A DNA stretch of 59,003 nt, counting the filler, from Basidiobolus ranarum (taxonomy: Eukaryota), in NCBI GenBank assembly GCA_040143965.1. It is 9 parts of 9 records of this genome, joined end to end, with 100 filler letters (N's around TTAATTAATTAA, not from the genome) between each part and the next. Parts side by side here need not be neighbours in the genome. Positions count along the whole stretch, not along the records: positions 32,902 to 39,360 come from JASJQH010001312.1; positions 39,461 to 45,914 come from JASJQH010001313.1; positions 46,015 to 52,464 come from JASJQH010001314.1; 6 more parts are not named here. One strand, given 5' to 3'. This document shows, in pieces, positions 37,123 through 50,291 of the stretch. The position numbers and the translations under genes are program-made. The notes beneath the pieces are model-generated. The model saw only the letters and a program-made list of their open reading frames with translations, searched no databases and was not told the DNA's origin. The number at the start of each line of letters is the position of its first letter. The stretch's first letter is position 1.

Positions 37123-37496
37123 ATGGTATGTGGTCTCCATCCATTTGTTCACGCCATCATGAAGCGTTGATTCCAATTAGTTAACTTACTTACACTTTAT
37201 TTGGTTCTGGTTGTCTTTAGACTAAGGGAACCCAAAGTTTTGGTAAGCGCCACACAAAGTCTCACACCCTTTGCCGTCGTTGTGGTAAACGTTCTTTCCA
37301 CAACCAAAAGAAGACTTGCGCTGCTTGTGGCTACCCTGCCGCTAAGCTCCGTAGCTTCAACTGGGGTCAAAAAGCTAAGCGTAGAAAGACTACTGGTACT
37401 GGTCGTATGAGACACCTCAAGAATGTTACCCGCCGCTTCAAGAATGGGTTCCGTGAGGGTACTCAAGCCCAAAAGCAAACCCCTACTGCTGCCTAA
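37123..37496 (+). CDS. RPL37: 60S ribosomal protein L37 (eL37); ATG-only first exon, intron 37126-37220
   Basis: [68 protein letters not shown]. Confidence 0.98.
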
Positions 37497-38316
37497 GAAG
37501 GCATATTCTCTTTCATTCAATTGACTCTTTATAATCAACTTAGATTGGCGTGCTCTTATTGGGGAGACTCTTCTATCTCAATAAAGTGCGCATGTTTTCA
37601 TTGAGATTAACCTAATTCTGTTACGATTGTTTTTGAGTATTTAAAAATGGTTGCACATACACAAGCGTTGATTTCAACTTTGCCAAGGCCAACCGTGCTG
37701 AGTGTACCACGTGCGAAATTACGTGATCGGCGTCACAGTATTCAAGAAATACCAGTTTGGATTTCGTACGGTTTGTGTACAATGATAGGGTTCGCAACGT
37801 AGTATGTTTATCCAATAGGACAGTATGTTTCCTGGAAACGAGGCAACTATTGTCTGTAGTCGCTAGTATCTATGAAGGCACATTCATCTCGAGTAGAAAT
37901 GACTTTGGATCAAGCGACCTCTAAACCATCATCTGGTGAGAAAATATACATGCTTTCGAGCTCTAATGGTAGGCAGGTTTAAGTGATCAAGTGACATCGA
38001 TCACTTCCTTTCATAGACCTAGACATATAGGCTGTCCCAGCATATCGCAATCTTCATCCAACACATTTTACTATTTTCGGTTCCAAATGACTGTTTCTTG
38101 AACCAACTATATTAACATTGTTATCGTATGTAATTTATTATATGGATCCGCGCTGGTTAGTGCCAGAAAGGAATTGATCGGAAGGTTTGGTCAGATCGGT
38201 TTACGAATAGACTCGGATGGCAACAACTTTTATAGAATAGAGGAATTCCTAACTCTAAATTGTATTTAACTAGCTCATAAGGGCTCATCAGCATTCCTGT
38301 CAACTTCAAAGTATTC

Positions 38317-39360
38317 CTAGACGTGTTGTACCATCCATTTCTAGACCAAGAATATGCTGGGATTAGCCGAAGAAGCAAAGACGCATTGCTAATGAGGAGA
38401 GAACCCACCTACTGGGATTTTCAAGCTCACCTTGATGCGCTCGGCCTTCCTCCCAATGTTCATAGAATATAAAGTTTTGGATATTAAAGCTTGTATTTGG
38501 ACAAACTCCTGGCATTGCCGGTACCATTTTGAGACTAAGGGTACTCATGACAGAGCATTACGAAGCTTGAGTCAAGGTTGTCGGAAGCTCTACGGGCGAA
38601 AGGTTACATCATTATAACTATTCAGGCCACTTCTTTTCGGTTCAGATACATCTCTTCAATAAACAATTGATTTTGGATTGGCCTTGCTCTCACATATGCC
38701 ACTTAGTCTTTCACATTGCACATCCCCTTAACTCCAACAAACCATATTATCCTTCATGACCAGGTGTGTCTGCATAATTCAATGTGAGACCCCGAATGGA
38801 TTCTCATGTGAAAAAGTATGTTTGCTTTTCTATCCATTTTGAAGTTTATTTGTTCTTTCCAAACCATAGATTACCGCATTTTGCATTGTCAGGTCCCGGT
38901 AATGTCTAGACAGATCAATGAGTTCATGATGGCCGTAGAAGTTGTCGTTCGATTGACTTTAACGGAAAGTTACACATATAGAGGGGATTTTGGGGATTCC
39001 TTCGTCAAGCACGATCATGAGTTGTTGCATCTTTGATGAAAATCTCCCCGCACGTAGGAGTGGTTTCATTTGTGTCTACTTAAAGGCGGAACTTTAGTGG
39101 AACTTGAAGCTCAAGTAGATCATGTCGTAATTTGAGCTGATCGGTATTTGAGCCTGCTATAGACCGTAGGGGTAACTTAAGTTTGGGAACTTTATATCTG
39201 GGTATCAAGCGTGGAAGTAAACCTTGAGGGTGTGTGGCGGAATCGTTGGGAGTGTATGGTCGTGTGTTCTTATCGCTAGACCCCCGGGGGGTTGAGATGG
39301 GTGGTAGTTTGATCATTGCTTGAGGTTGGGTTGAGTGCAAGGAATGTTCGGGAGGTTGCG
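38317..39360 (-). CDS. Probable 3' part of an unidentified multi-exon gene
   Basis: Exon-like blocks bounded by AG/GT, e.g. SKWYRQCQEFVQIQALISKTLYSMNIGRKAERIK|KWMVQHV*; no family recognised. Confidence 0.3.
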
Positions 39361-39469
39361 NNNNNNNNNNNNNNNNNNNNNNNNNNNNNNNNNNNNNNNN
39401 NNNNTTAATTAATTAANNNNNNNNNNNNNNNNNNNNNNNNNNNNNNNNNNNNNNNNNNNNTTTTTTGCT

Positions 39470-40966
39470 TTACGTTTCTGTAGTGTCAGTTGATTCGTTT
39501 GTTGATTCTGTTGTGTTATCTTTTGTGGTTGGTGTTTCTGTAGGACTAGAGGACTCCGTTGAAGCGGCAGTTGAGCTGGTAGATTCGGTCGGTAGGTCAG
39601 TAGGACTGGTGGACTCAGTTGAAGCAGTTGTTAAGATTACCGATTCAGTTGGGTCCACTGTCGAGTTGGAAGAGTTGGTGGAATTATCAGTAGGACTGGG
39701 AGACACAGTTGAATCAGTAGTTGAGCTTACAGATTCAGTGGGAGTCGCGGTCGATTCAGTAGACTCAGTTGGGTCAACTGTTGAGCTAACAGACTCCGTG
39801 GGGGTCACTGTAGTTTCGGTTGGGGCAATGGTCGAGTTGAAGGATTCGGTAGAATTATCAGTAGGACTGGGCGACTTAGTTGCATCAGTCGTTGAACTAG
39901 CAGATTCAGTCGGTACGTCAGTAGAACTGGAAGACTCTGTTAAATCAGTTATCGAGCTTGCAGACTCAGTCGGATTAACAGTCGAGCCAGCAGATTCGGT
40001 AATAGTAGATGTTGCTGTAGTAGACTCTGTTTGAGTAGTTGCTGAGCTGGTGGACTTGGTAATTGTGTCTGTAGCGCCAGCAGATGGAGAACTCGTTATG
40101 GAGGGTTTGGTGGAAGTTGAGTTGCTTGTAGTTGCATTGGAGGTGGTTGTGTTGCTTGTAGTGGGCTTGGTAGTGGTCGACTTGCTTGTAGTGGATTTGG
40201 AGGTGGTCGACTTACTTACAGTGGATTTGGTGGTAGTCGACTTGCTTGTAGTGGGCTTGGTGGTAGTCGACTTGCTTGTAGTGGACTTGGTGGTGGTCGC
40301 CTTGCTTAAAGTGGATTTGGTGGTAGTCCCCTTGCTTATAGTGGGCTTGGTGGTGGTCGACTTGCTTGTAGTGGATTTGGTGGTAGTCGCCTTGCTTGTA
40401 GTGGGCTTGGTGGTGGTAGACTTACTTGTAGTTGACTTGGTGGTAGTCGCCTTGCTGGTAGTAGATTTAGTGGAGATTGGCTTAGTGGTTGATTTGGTTG
40501 TAGTGAGCTTGATTGATGTAAACTTGCTGGAAGTTGGCTTTTTGGAGGTAGTTTTTAATGAAGTCCTAGCTGTGGTAGATTTCGTCTGCGTACGTTTTGT
40601 AGTTGTAGCCTTTGTAGTGGTACGCTTAGTGTAAGTACGCTTGGTTGTAGTGCGTTTAGTAATCGAGCTTTGAGGCTTCTTACATTCTGATTTGCAGCGT
40701 GTTACGCAATGCTCCTTTGTGTTTCCGCACCTTTATAAAAAATGTAGCTGTATTAGTCCGCTGAGCACAAAATGAGCTTTATTGATTGCCACTAAGAACT
40801 TTGACTCTACTTACCATCCATAAATTGAGCAACACGTATTTGAAGGGCAAGTATAATTCACTCCTTTGATGACCCCGCATCGTCCATTCCTCGAGACAAC
40901 GGCTTGAATTGATACAACTTGAAGTAGTATTGCAACAAATACCAAAGCCCTCCTTGAGAAGAGCAT
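39470..40966 (-). CDS. Secreted hevein/CBM18 chitin-binding protein with long Thr/Ser mucin-like tail (about 470 aa, 2 exons)
   Basis: Signal peptide MLFSRRALVFVAILLQVVSIQA; 8-Cys hevein CGVIKGVNYTCPSNTCCSIYGW|CGNTKEHCVTRCKSEC; intron 40731-40814; in-frame T/S repeats to stop at 39470. Confidence 0.88.
40150..40470 (-). repeat. 30-bp coding tandem repeat (TTTK[S/P]TTSK[S/A])
   Basis: cttgcttgtagtgg(a/g)(c/t)ttggtggt(a/g)gtcg repeated about 10 times. Confidence 0.9.
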
Positions 40967-42999
40967 GATGAAAAGAATCTACTGAAGATGACTATAGCCT
41001 ATGCTTTAGTTATATACTCTTAATTCCCATCGGTAGTCGTTGTCTGATTCCTGTTTTATTGTAGACGAGGACAAAGACTAGAATCACAGAATTAGTAACC
41101 GACTGTATATAACATTTGCCACAGAGCACCTATAGTACACTAGAAAAGATTCTCAAGTACGACCTTAGTTGGTTACAAATATCCAATATTGAGTACAGTA
41201 CATCGTAGAACACACTTCTAGCTAGATCAGTAATTATTGGTAAAATACATCTAGATACGTTAACAGTCCAATCAATCTAAATTTGATATCAAGCATTACT
41301 CCCAATACGACTCTCTAGATTTCGGCAGATGAATCAAAGTCGAAAATCAGGATATCTCTAACCTGAATACCCCATAGATGCAACTACGCATACTTGATCT
41401 CTTTCCAATTCCAGAAAGAGGGTCATGATACTGAAGTTTGATGTGTTGAGTGTTGAACTAAAACCAGATACTTCCGAAAGTATATCTTTACAATATACTA
41501 ATAATATCATTGTTGTGAATTTGCTACACTGTGAGTTTTTGGGGTAGTTGCTCGATGGTGATATCATTTCTATACCATTTTGGGCACAATGCACGAGAAT
41601 TCATCAACATGAGTAACCTTTCTAGGAAAACAACTGACACATAAGATTCACTTCTCGATTGGATCTAGATATACTTGCTTGATCAGGTTTTATGTTAAGG
41701 TATCATCGAGCACAATTCAAGAGATGGTATAACTTGGTCTTTGCTACGAGAAGGGTAAATATTGTCGTACAATTTCCTTCAGCCTGTATTAGTTCAAGTG
41801 AGTTTTATAAGAAGAATCCTTGAAACGCTGATATTATTGGTGTAGGCTTTCTTCTGGCGAGAATATTCTGAAGCGTAAATCGATGATGAAAGTTCCCAAT
41901 CTGAACACATGGTTAAGCCATCCTAAACTACTTGACGAGCTTAAAACACATCATCTTAAACCACATCAACTGACGACAATAGTGGGATCATGCTGAGTTA
42001 CTATATTGCCAGAGAATACTTATCTATTCAAAGTTCAAATTCTAGAGCTGGCGAATAAGTTATGACAAAGGAAGTTTTCTCAAGCCATTAACACAGTATC
42101 TCTATCATATCGTCAATGATACACATTCCCACTGATAATATTCTGCTCTCACTGGATTAGTCTTTGTGATATCAGCAACACCAATTACCCGTTGTAATTA
42201 TCCGTTATAATTGCACGTTGTACATAGTAGAAATGTTTGCTATGCAACCCAGATTAAATATACTATTTATTACACAGATTCTTTTATCACGTTAGAATGA
42301 GTCACAGCCCAAGCTAGAAGGGGGCAAGCCTAATTACTAACCCGACTAGAACTAGGTCTGCTTATTATCGTAATAGTCTCAACCTGACAAAATCATTTAT
42401 TGAACACAGTGATCTTAACGCAAACATGTGAATAGAATGATATGTTAGAGAATTAAACTAAAGTTTGTCGTATAATCATGAGATGATGGAAGTTTCCGTT
42501 GTGTGACCTAGTGTGGTATCGCGATTCGTAATAGCTCAATATACCATTCTCCACTAAATATAGCAAGCGGCCACCAAGTTATAGGTTCCTGTGCTCCATT
42601 TCGACTAAACAGCTTAGTAAGTGTACCTTGGTTTAACTGCAAGTGTCTAATATGAGATCAATCATGATATATATAGCTCTTGAGCTAACTAAAGCCATTT
42701 TAGCATTACTTACAAGCCAAATATATCAAGTCCCCTGACCTCATTGCATTTCAGTCTTTACTCACTGAATAGATGCTCGGTAACTATACCATAGTAAGAG
42801 AATGCTGGTTTCGATGTGGAAGGCCACAGAATAGTCCACATGAGTTTGGAAGACTTTCTCGATTACCTGGATTGGCAATCTTGAAATATGTCCATGGCAT
42901 GAATAGGTTCTTCTGACCGAACTAGGGCCTATTTTATCTTAAATACAGAGCTTAGGATCGGGCGCTTACTAACCGCTACAAAATAAGCACTCATCCTCC

Positions 43000-44240
43000 T
43001 TTGCCTAGTTAATACTATCAGAGTAAGTATGGGATTTTTATAATATGCCACTCAGTGTTATTATCAGGATATTACTTTATTCAAAAATCATCTAAACTAT
43101 CAATACGTTGTTAAATCCAAGGCAATAAGATATCACTAATCTTAAACTGGTACTGACTGATCTTACATAGCTGTAAACTGCAACAAGCTATCCAGGCAAA
43201 CTATCAATAAAAGTTTGGCAAGTCCTATTTACGCAAAGTTCACTCGGGTTATTTGATTGAATTGAATATAGTCCAAGCATACTTTTAAGATAAATCCATA
43301 TATATGATCACCTAGTTATGATTTCATGACTGAGATGACCATATAAACAGTCATCCATGCTTCAACGTCCAGTAGCTGTTATTGATCCAAGCTCACCTTC
43401 CAGGATCAAACAGACCCTTATAAATCGATCATCACTGGTCACTCTCTGGTAGGTTGAATTAATTTAGAAAAGGACTTTCATTTCCTCGTCAAACTCCTTC
43501 TATTCAGGGAGCAGTTATTGCAACATTTTGTGCAATGGATATCAAGAGAATTTATCTGAATCCCGGCAGTGGAAGATCCTTCAAGTCTGAGCTGTTAATT
43601 ATCGATCGTTCCCAGATTTTTTTGCACACTTACGGCCAACCAAGAGCCGGAAATTTGGATTTTGCTCAACTGGTGTATATTACCTTTGGATTAGGGACTA
43701 CCAGTTTAACATTGGCAAGAATTACTAATAAGAGTGACTCAGTGACTAGACTTCCCCCTCAAGACATGGTTAATGGGAAAGTCAAAGAGGATCCCAATTG
43801 TATTCTGGAGTGACTCTTCCTCTTGGTTTTAGTGACCATGCTAAATACTGGGACATTCAATTTGGCACTGGCTGTTAAGAACCTTGTAACTCTTATTTCT
43901 TGCCTGACATCTCTAGTTATACGGATACTACATCTCTTCAGCACGGATACGATGTCCCTTCAGTAATAAAGTCACCGATTTTACCTGTCATTAGAGTACA
44001 GCTCGTCCATGTATTTGGTAGAATTAGATCCTACTTAGTAACTAATGGATACCAGTAATGGTATTAGTGAAAGTAACCCTAAGGTTTGTCGAATGCATCG
44101 TAGATAGTGATTATTATTACAAATGATTTCAAGCAGTGTGGGTGGGCAAGCGGTATTCCACAAGGATCATAATTGGTCCACGTTTAATATTCTCGGATAT
44201 TCATTATTCCTATGCCGTAATTGGACATACTTAAGTTGAA
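43000..44240 (+). pseudogene. Class 3 lipase relic
   Basis: KVHSGY, IITGHSL(V)G nucleophile elbow, TYGQPRAGNLDFA, RITNKSDSVTRLPP; stops and frameshifts; boundaries approximate. Confidence 0.65.
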
Positions 44241-44691
44241 AGTGAGCCTAATCCGTGATTAGTTAAGCGCTATACAAAACACAATTCTCCCAGCTACAAT
44301 GAAATCTAAAGAAAGATAACGTAGGTATTCTCGACCTACCAGCGCTGATACAATACAATTTAGGTTACTATGTTTGCAGGAGATGTACTCACTTTCCTAT
44401 GACCTCTGTTAGTGCGTTGAATGATGTTGGAAGCTAGCTATAACCTGTACAACTTGTAGAAGAAGAGAGGTTAAGCAAATAAAAGTCCTCCAGCTTTTCA
44501 TGTTGCATAATAGGGTATGGAGCCCCAAAGTTTTGGGCTTTAGTGAGCCATCAGAGAAAGGTTTCGTACAGGCTTATTCATTAAGAGTTGAATTGAATGA
44601 CGGTGCTATGTAATTTCTCATAGGCTAGTATTATTACTGTCAGTCGAATTTCTCAATCTTATGATATCAATTATGCTTTACCAAAGGAGTC

Positions 44692-44982
44692 TCACGACTC
44701 ATTACAGAAGATGCTGCCACCAACAGCAGTGTCTTTAGTGATACAGCCATTATCTAAATAACCAACAGATCCTGTTGAGCCATGTGGTTGAATAACACAT
44801 ATCATGGCATCCACGCTATCCAGAGTAACACACGTGCTACCAGCGATGATTTTCTTGAGTATTGCTCCAGTTGGCTGACCATTAGCGCCACAGATCTGAT
44901 ACCTTAACTCGTAAGTCTGGGCGGTAGTGGTTTAATGCTACAATTCGGAAGCAGAAAATTTGGAAGAGATTTTGAAAAGCAT
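44692..44982 (-). pseudogene. Possible decayed small secreted Cys-containing protein
   Basis: MLFKISSKFSASEL*H*TTTAQTYELRYQICGANGQPTG...STCV...MICV...NGCI...IFCNES*; about 79 open codons after a disrupted leader. Confidence 0.3.
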
Positions 44983-45140
44983 ATCTGATGGCAAATGAGC
45001 TGATGAGGAATAGTCACTATTCAAGTGGATTTCGCCGCAAATAGCAATATGTAAGTATAGCTCAAACATGATCACCATGTTGCAAACGATTTACTTCAAG
45101 AGTCCCTGACAACGGCATTTATTGATTCAAATGCATATAG

Positions 45141-45198
45141 GCAATAAGCGCAATAAGGGCAATAAGGGCAATAAGCGCAATAAGGGCAATAAGCGCAA
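45141..45198 (+). repeat. 9-bp minisatellite (GCAATAAG[C/G])x6
   Basis: gcaataagcgcaataagggcaataagggcaataagcgcaataagggcaataagcgcaa. Confidence 0.9.
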
Positions 45199-45310
45199 GA
45201 TTTACAACAATGTTTTACTGGTTCGATGTTTTATCTACTTGTTTTGCACCTCATTACTGATAGCTTAAACGTAGTTGATTGTAACTGATCCATCATTTTA
45301 GATCCATTTC

Positions 45311-45914
45311 GATTGAAATCAGCATAGCCTAAACATCTATATAGTCATATATAGCTTAGTATTTAGTTATTCCATTTTGAACCAAGATACTACCCACTAT
45401 TCTCAAGAGGAATTTATTTGGAATATCTTGAGAACTTGTCCTAGAAGCCCCAAATTTTCCTTCCTTAACACATTCTAAAAGTTTGCTTGTCTACCTCTTG
45501 ACAAAACTATAATTGTTAACTCAATAAAGCAATAAGTGAAAATCATCAATTCTTCTAGTTCGAAAACCCCCTTCCAACAAACTCCCAAAATACTTGCACA
45601 TTTTCAACTCGATATTTGTAACATAGCTTAAATAGGAGGCCGAATACCTATCTTTATTATTCTGAAATCAGTAGTGGCTAGTAGTCTAAGTAGTATGATA
45701 GTATTGTGATGAAACATTGTGTGAGTGTAATAAATGTTTCTATCCAGACTTGATACAAGTAGGTAATATAATGATTATTTTCGTTGAAGTATTTGGGAGC
45801 CTGTTGGAAGTGGTTTGGAGAATTAGAGAAATTGGTGGTTTTTACTTATTGAGTTGACATTTATAGTTTTGTCAAGATGTAAACAAACTAATGTGTAGAA
45901 TGTGTTAAGGAAGG
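45311..45914. mobile_element. Two family A LTRs: degenerate forward solo LTR 45311-45600 and reverse LTR 45782-45914 cut by the contig end
   Basis: Matches to the LTR A consensus (TTGAAATCAGCATAGCCTAAAC...; GTATTTGGGAGCCTGTTGGAAGTGG). Confidence 0.8.
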
Positions 45915-46014
45915 NNNNNNNNNNNNNNNNNNNNNNNNNNNNNNNNNNNNNNNNNNNNTTAATTAATTAANNNNNNNNNNNNNNNNNNNNNNNNNNNNNN
46001 NNNNNNNNNNNNNN

Positions 46015-46555
46015 CTTATTCCTTGGCACCATACCCTTTCGTTAACTTTCATTGTTTCCAAGTAGTCTTTACATATTCAAGGTTTTTTCCACAATGATCA
46101 TCACTGTATCCTGCAAAATTTTGTGCATCTGGAGTGCTAGCCTATTTCAGAACTAGATTTAGAGTTCCACTCAAATACCTGAATGTTTGTTGTGCTGCAC
46201 TTTTGTGCTTGGATCAGGCATTTGGGAGATATTCACCAACAATTTCCACTCCCACAGCAATGAGTGCTTTATTTAATCCATACATAAATTTTTGCAGCTT
46301 ACAGGCCATATCAGAGTGTTTTGGGGCAACAAATCCATATGGTTGCTCCATATATATCTCTCTTCTAGATCTCCACTCAAAAAGGCTGTATTTACATCCA
46401 TTTGATGTAAAACAGGGCTTGGCATGGCTGAAACTGCCAGGATTGATCTAATGGAGCTAAACTTATCTACTGGAGCAAAGGTTTGATTACAATCCTGTCC
46501 TTGAGTCTGGGAATTACTTTTTACAGTTAATCAAACTTTATATCTTTCTATATTC
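46015..46555 (-). mobile_element. Copia reverse transcriptase fragment
   Basis: TFAPVDKFSSIRSILAV..MDVNTAF...EEIYMEQPYGF...CKLQNLCM; antiparallel homologue of 49200-49450. Confidence 0.8.
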
Positions 46556-49500
46556 CAAACTACTTCCAATACCCCTAAGCACATTTATCAAGAAATGGGC
46601 CCCAAGCTAGTAGTTAAAGGTTTGTCTACCAGTACTGTTACCAATATTGATGTATCAACAGAGAAGTTTGATGATGAAGACTTTACACCTTTGGAAGTTT
46701 GAGATGCAAATGGTGCTGGATGACAAAGACCTTTGGGACTTTTTACAAGAAAAGAAATAAAGCCAAAGTGACTCACAGAAGCTACCCTTACCTTTCTCAA
46801 GATGAAGAGGTAAGCACTCCCTACCCTGTGTCAGCATCCTAGAGACTCTCACTTGAGGCACATACACTAAGTCAAAAGAAATACAGACTGCTTGGAAATA
46901 CTTAGGAACTAGATGAGACTAAAAGTCAGGATAACCGGTTATATTTTAGATTAAATTAATGCTCAATTCAGATGAATATTTATTATTCTAAGGCTAATCA
47001 TATAAGTTGGAGAAAAGCTATGGCAGATCAGCTTGCATCCATTAGGGCATCTCTAAATGCAGATGACTTAGTCACAACTCTGCATGGGAGCATGCCAGAG
47101 AGGTTTGTGGACCTTATAATTGCCTTGGAATCAAGATCAGAGCCATCAACAATGGAATATGTTGGTGCTAGGCTTTTGAATGAGGAATTAAGGAGATCTT
47201 ATTCTCTGCAAAATAATGCAGATCAGGCATTATTTGGAGCTGTAAAATGACCAACAAGCTTCAATGATGGCGTCCTTAATAGAAAATCAATCATCTGCAA
47301 GTTTTGCAAGAAACCAGGCCATTTAATCAAAGATTGCAGAAGTTGGATTTTGCCACTAAGCTAAAATTGGAACAAGCAAATCAAGTAAGCACTGATAGGG
47401 ATCATTTATTTGTGTCTGCCTTCTCAGTAACCACTATGGAAGACTCTGAAATATGGTACGTTACTTCACAAGCTTGCCAGCATATGTCAAAAAAGAAAGA
47501 TTGGTTTTCCAGCTTAAAGCCCACCCCAATAACAAAAGTTAACTTGAATACTGACTATGAACTAGATGCAGCTGGTCAGAGCACAGTTGTGCTCAATTTA
47601 GGCCAAAATTCAGCCACACCATCTGCAAAATTTGAAGATGTACTCTTTGTACCAAATATAGCTAAAAATCTACTCTGTGTCAGCAAAGTGACAGCTTAAG
47701 AGCTAAATTTTGTGTTCAGCAAGGCAACAACTCAAGGACTAAATTTTGTTCTCTGCAAGGCTGGATGCACTATCACAGATAAAGATGCCACCAAATTAGC
47801 TGCTGGGACCAAAACTTGAACCTCATACAAGCTAGATAATAACAACTTGCATTCTGAACATGCAAAATTGGCCAAAAACAGTGAAACAAGTTGCCAAACA
47901 TAGCATAGATGATTTGGCCACATTGGGGAACAAAAATAACCAAAATGATCCAAAGCACTTTGTTTCAGGCTTAGAAAACAAATTATCACCAAATTGGATC
48001 TGTCTGAAGTTTGCATACATGGAAAACATCACAGACAGCCTTTTTCAAAATCTGGAAAGATCAAATCCACTCAGAATTTTGCCTTGATTTATTCTGTTCT
48101 ATGTGTGCCCATGTAAAACATCTTGCTATATGGCTATTAGTTCTTTGCCACTATTAAAGAAGACTAAACAAGATTTACTATGGCTTTTTTCCCAAATCAA
48201 AGTTTGAAGCCGTAAGTACAATAAAGCACTACAGAGCAATGGTACAGAATGAGTTACTACAAAAAATAAGGGTACCAAGGAGTGATAATGATGGAGAACA
48301 CTGCTCTAAGGACTTTGCTAGTTTTTGTTCTAAGCATGGAATTGAACAACAAACTACAGAATATTTTACCTGACAGCAAAATGGAATTGCAGAATGTGCT
48401 ACTAGGACTATAGTGGAGATGGCAAGAGCAATGTTACATGATCAAAAGTTAGACAATCAATATCAGGTTTGAATCACCCTCCATTGCAATCTTTATCAAA
48501 AAAAATGCTAAACAAGATTATTACAAAATTCTACTCCATTTGAAGCTTTATAGGGATCAAAATCATGGGCTGATCATCTCAAGATCTTTTGCTCCATAGA
48601 ATATTGCTTAAATGTGGCTCAAATATTCTCTAAATTGGAACCCATAAGCAGAAAAAGCACAAATCTTGTTTATCATGATGGATCTAGAGTCCATTAACTG
48701 TTTGATACTATGAGGCAGAAGTTAATCAAGGGCAGATATGTGATTTTTGATGAGAAGCAAATATTTCATCTAGGATCACAGTTCTTAATCCAGAAACCAC
48801 AATCAGCACTATTCCAGAATTGTCTGGCTAAATACCAGTTTTTTGTGAGCCCAATTCACCCAACTTCCAGGTCCAACTATATTAGAAGATGACTGAGGAC
48901 ATAGAAGATTGTCTAGAACAAGAAATCAGCCAGGGGACTGGTGGAACTTTCTGTGACAAGCCATAGATTCTAGGTCAAGCTCTGGAGTGTCCAAAATTAG
49001 TATCAAGGGAAAAAGAAATGTCAGATGATTTTTCCTTGCTTCATGACATTCAAAACATGGGGTTTAAGTCCTCTATCATCAGGAATAAAGCCAATAAGTT
49101 GTTAATGGATCTACAAAGTCAAAAACCAAATTGATGGAACCATTGAAAGGTACAATGCAAGATTAGTTGCATAAAGTTATTTCCAGACACCAGAGTTGAT
49201 CTAAATCAAACCTTTGCTTTAGTGGCTTGGCTTAGTTCCATTAGATTGCTCCTGGCACTCTCAGCCATGGAAAACATTCATTTATCTCAAATGGATGCAA
49301 AAACAACCTGTCTGAATATAAATCTAGAGGAAGAGATATGTATGGAGCAACCAGATGGATTTGTTGAACCAAAACACCCTGATATGGTCTGCTAGCTCCA
49401 TAAAATGCCATAAGGATTCTAGCAAGCACCCAGAGTATGGTACAACAAGATTGATATCTATTTGGATTCACTGGATTTCAAAAATGCTGAGCAGATCACA

Positions 49501-50291
49501 GTATTTAAATCAAAACAACTGGAAATAGAATTGTTATCTTGATTCAATGCATGAATGACTTGCTCATAGCCACACTCAATCCAGAAGCACTTAATCAGAA
49601 GAAAAGAAGCATACTGAACCAATTTCAGTAGACACATATGGGTGCAAGGAAGTTACTTACAGACTCAGGTTACATGCAAATGCATTACTGCATTTGAAGA
49701 TTATCAAAGTTCTATTTCATTAGCTAAAAACCTTTCATTTCATGCTAGACCATAGCTTATAGATGTTAGGCATCATTTTCATAGAGAAGCAATAGAAAAT
49801 GATATAATCAAGCTGGTCAATTGCCCTTCTGAAGAAATGATTGTGGATATCTTAACCAAACTTTAGCTAAATATAAATTTGCATCATTAACATATAAGTT
49901 AGGTTTGATGAAAATACAAAATAATCAGCTGGGTGTGCATGTTAAAATTCAATAAATGGCAACTTATCATTTACTTGTTATTTTATTCATATTCTTACTG
50001 TTTAGCACCCAATTCTGACACACAAACACATATGTTTATTGGTCAGCTTGATAGGAATATCAATTAGATCACTTTTACCATTGTTTGATTTTTTCTCAAA
50101 ACCTCTCCAAATTACGTTGAATTCTTGCCCATGCTTAACAGGCATGTTTGTTATGACCTAAGGATATCCAATATTCCTATTTCATAGTAAACTATAAGTA
50201 GGACATATTCAAATCAATACAACTTAAGTGCCTCATTTACAAATGTAAATCTTGTCTAAAATACTTCCAAATCTCCAAAACACTTTAATCA
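46556..50291 (+). mobile_element. Near-complete decayed copia family D: LTR end (46590), PBS, gag-PR-IN-RT-RNaseH (internal deletion), 3' LTR 49940-50291
   Basis: CKFCKKPGHLIKDC knuckle; DVLFVPNIAKNLL; RSDNDGE and QQNGIAE integrase motifs; ERYNARLVA; EEICMEQPDGF; HARP*LIDVRHHF; copia domain order. Confidence 0.9.

Noticed and set aside
37197-37538. 113-aa minus-strand ORF and 69-aa alternative-frame ORF
   Set aside because: Shadows of RPL37.
39465-40634. Val-rich plus-strand ORFs of 189 and 194 aa
   Set aside because: Antisense shadows of the Thr/Ser-rich hevein protein.
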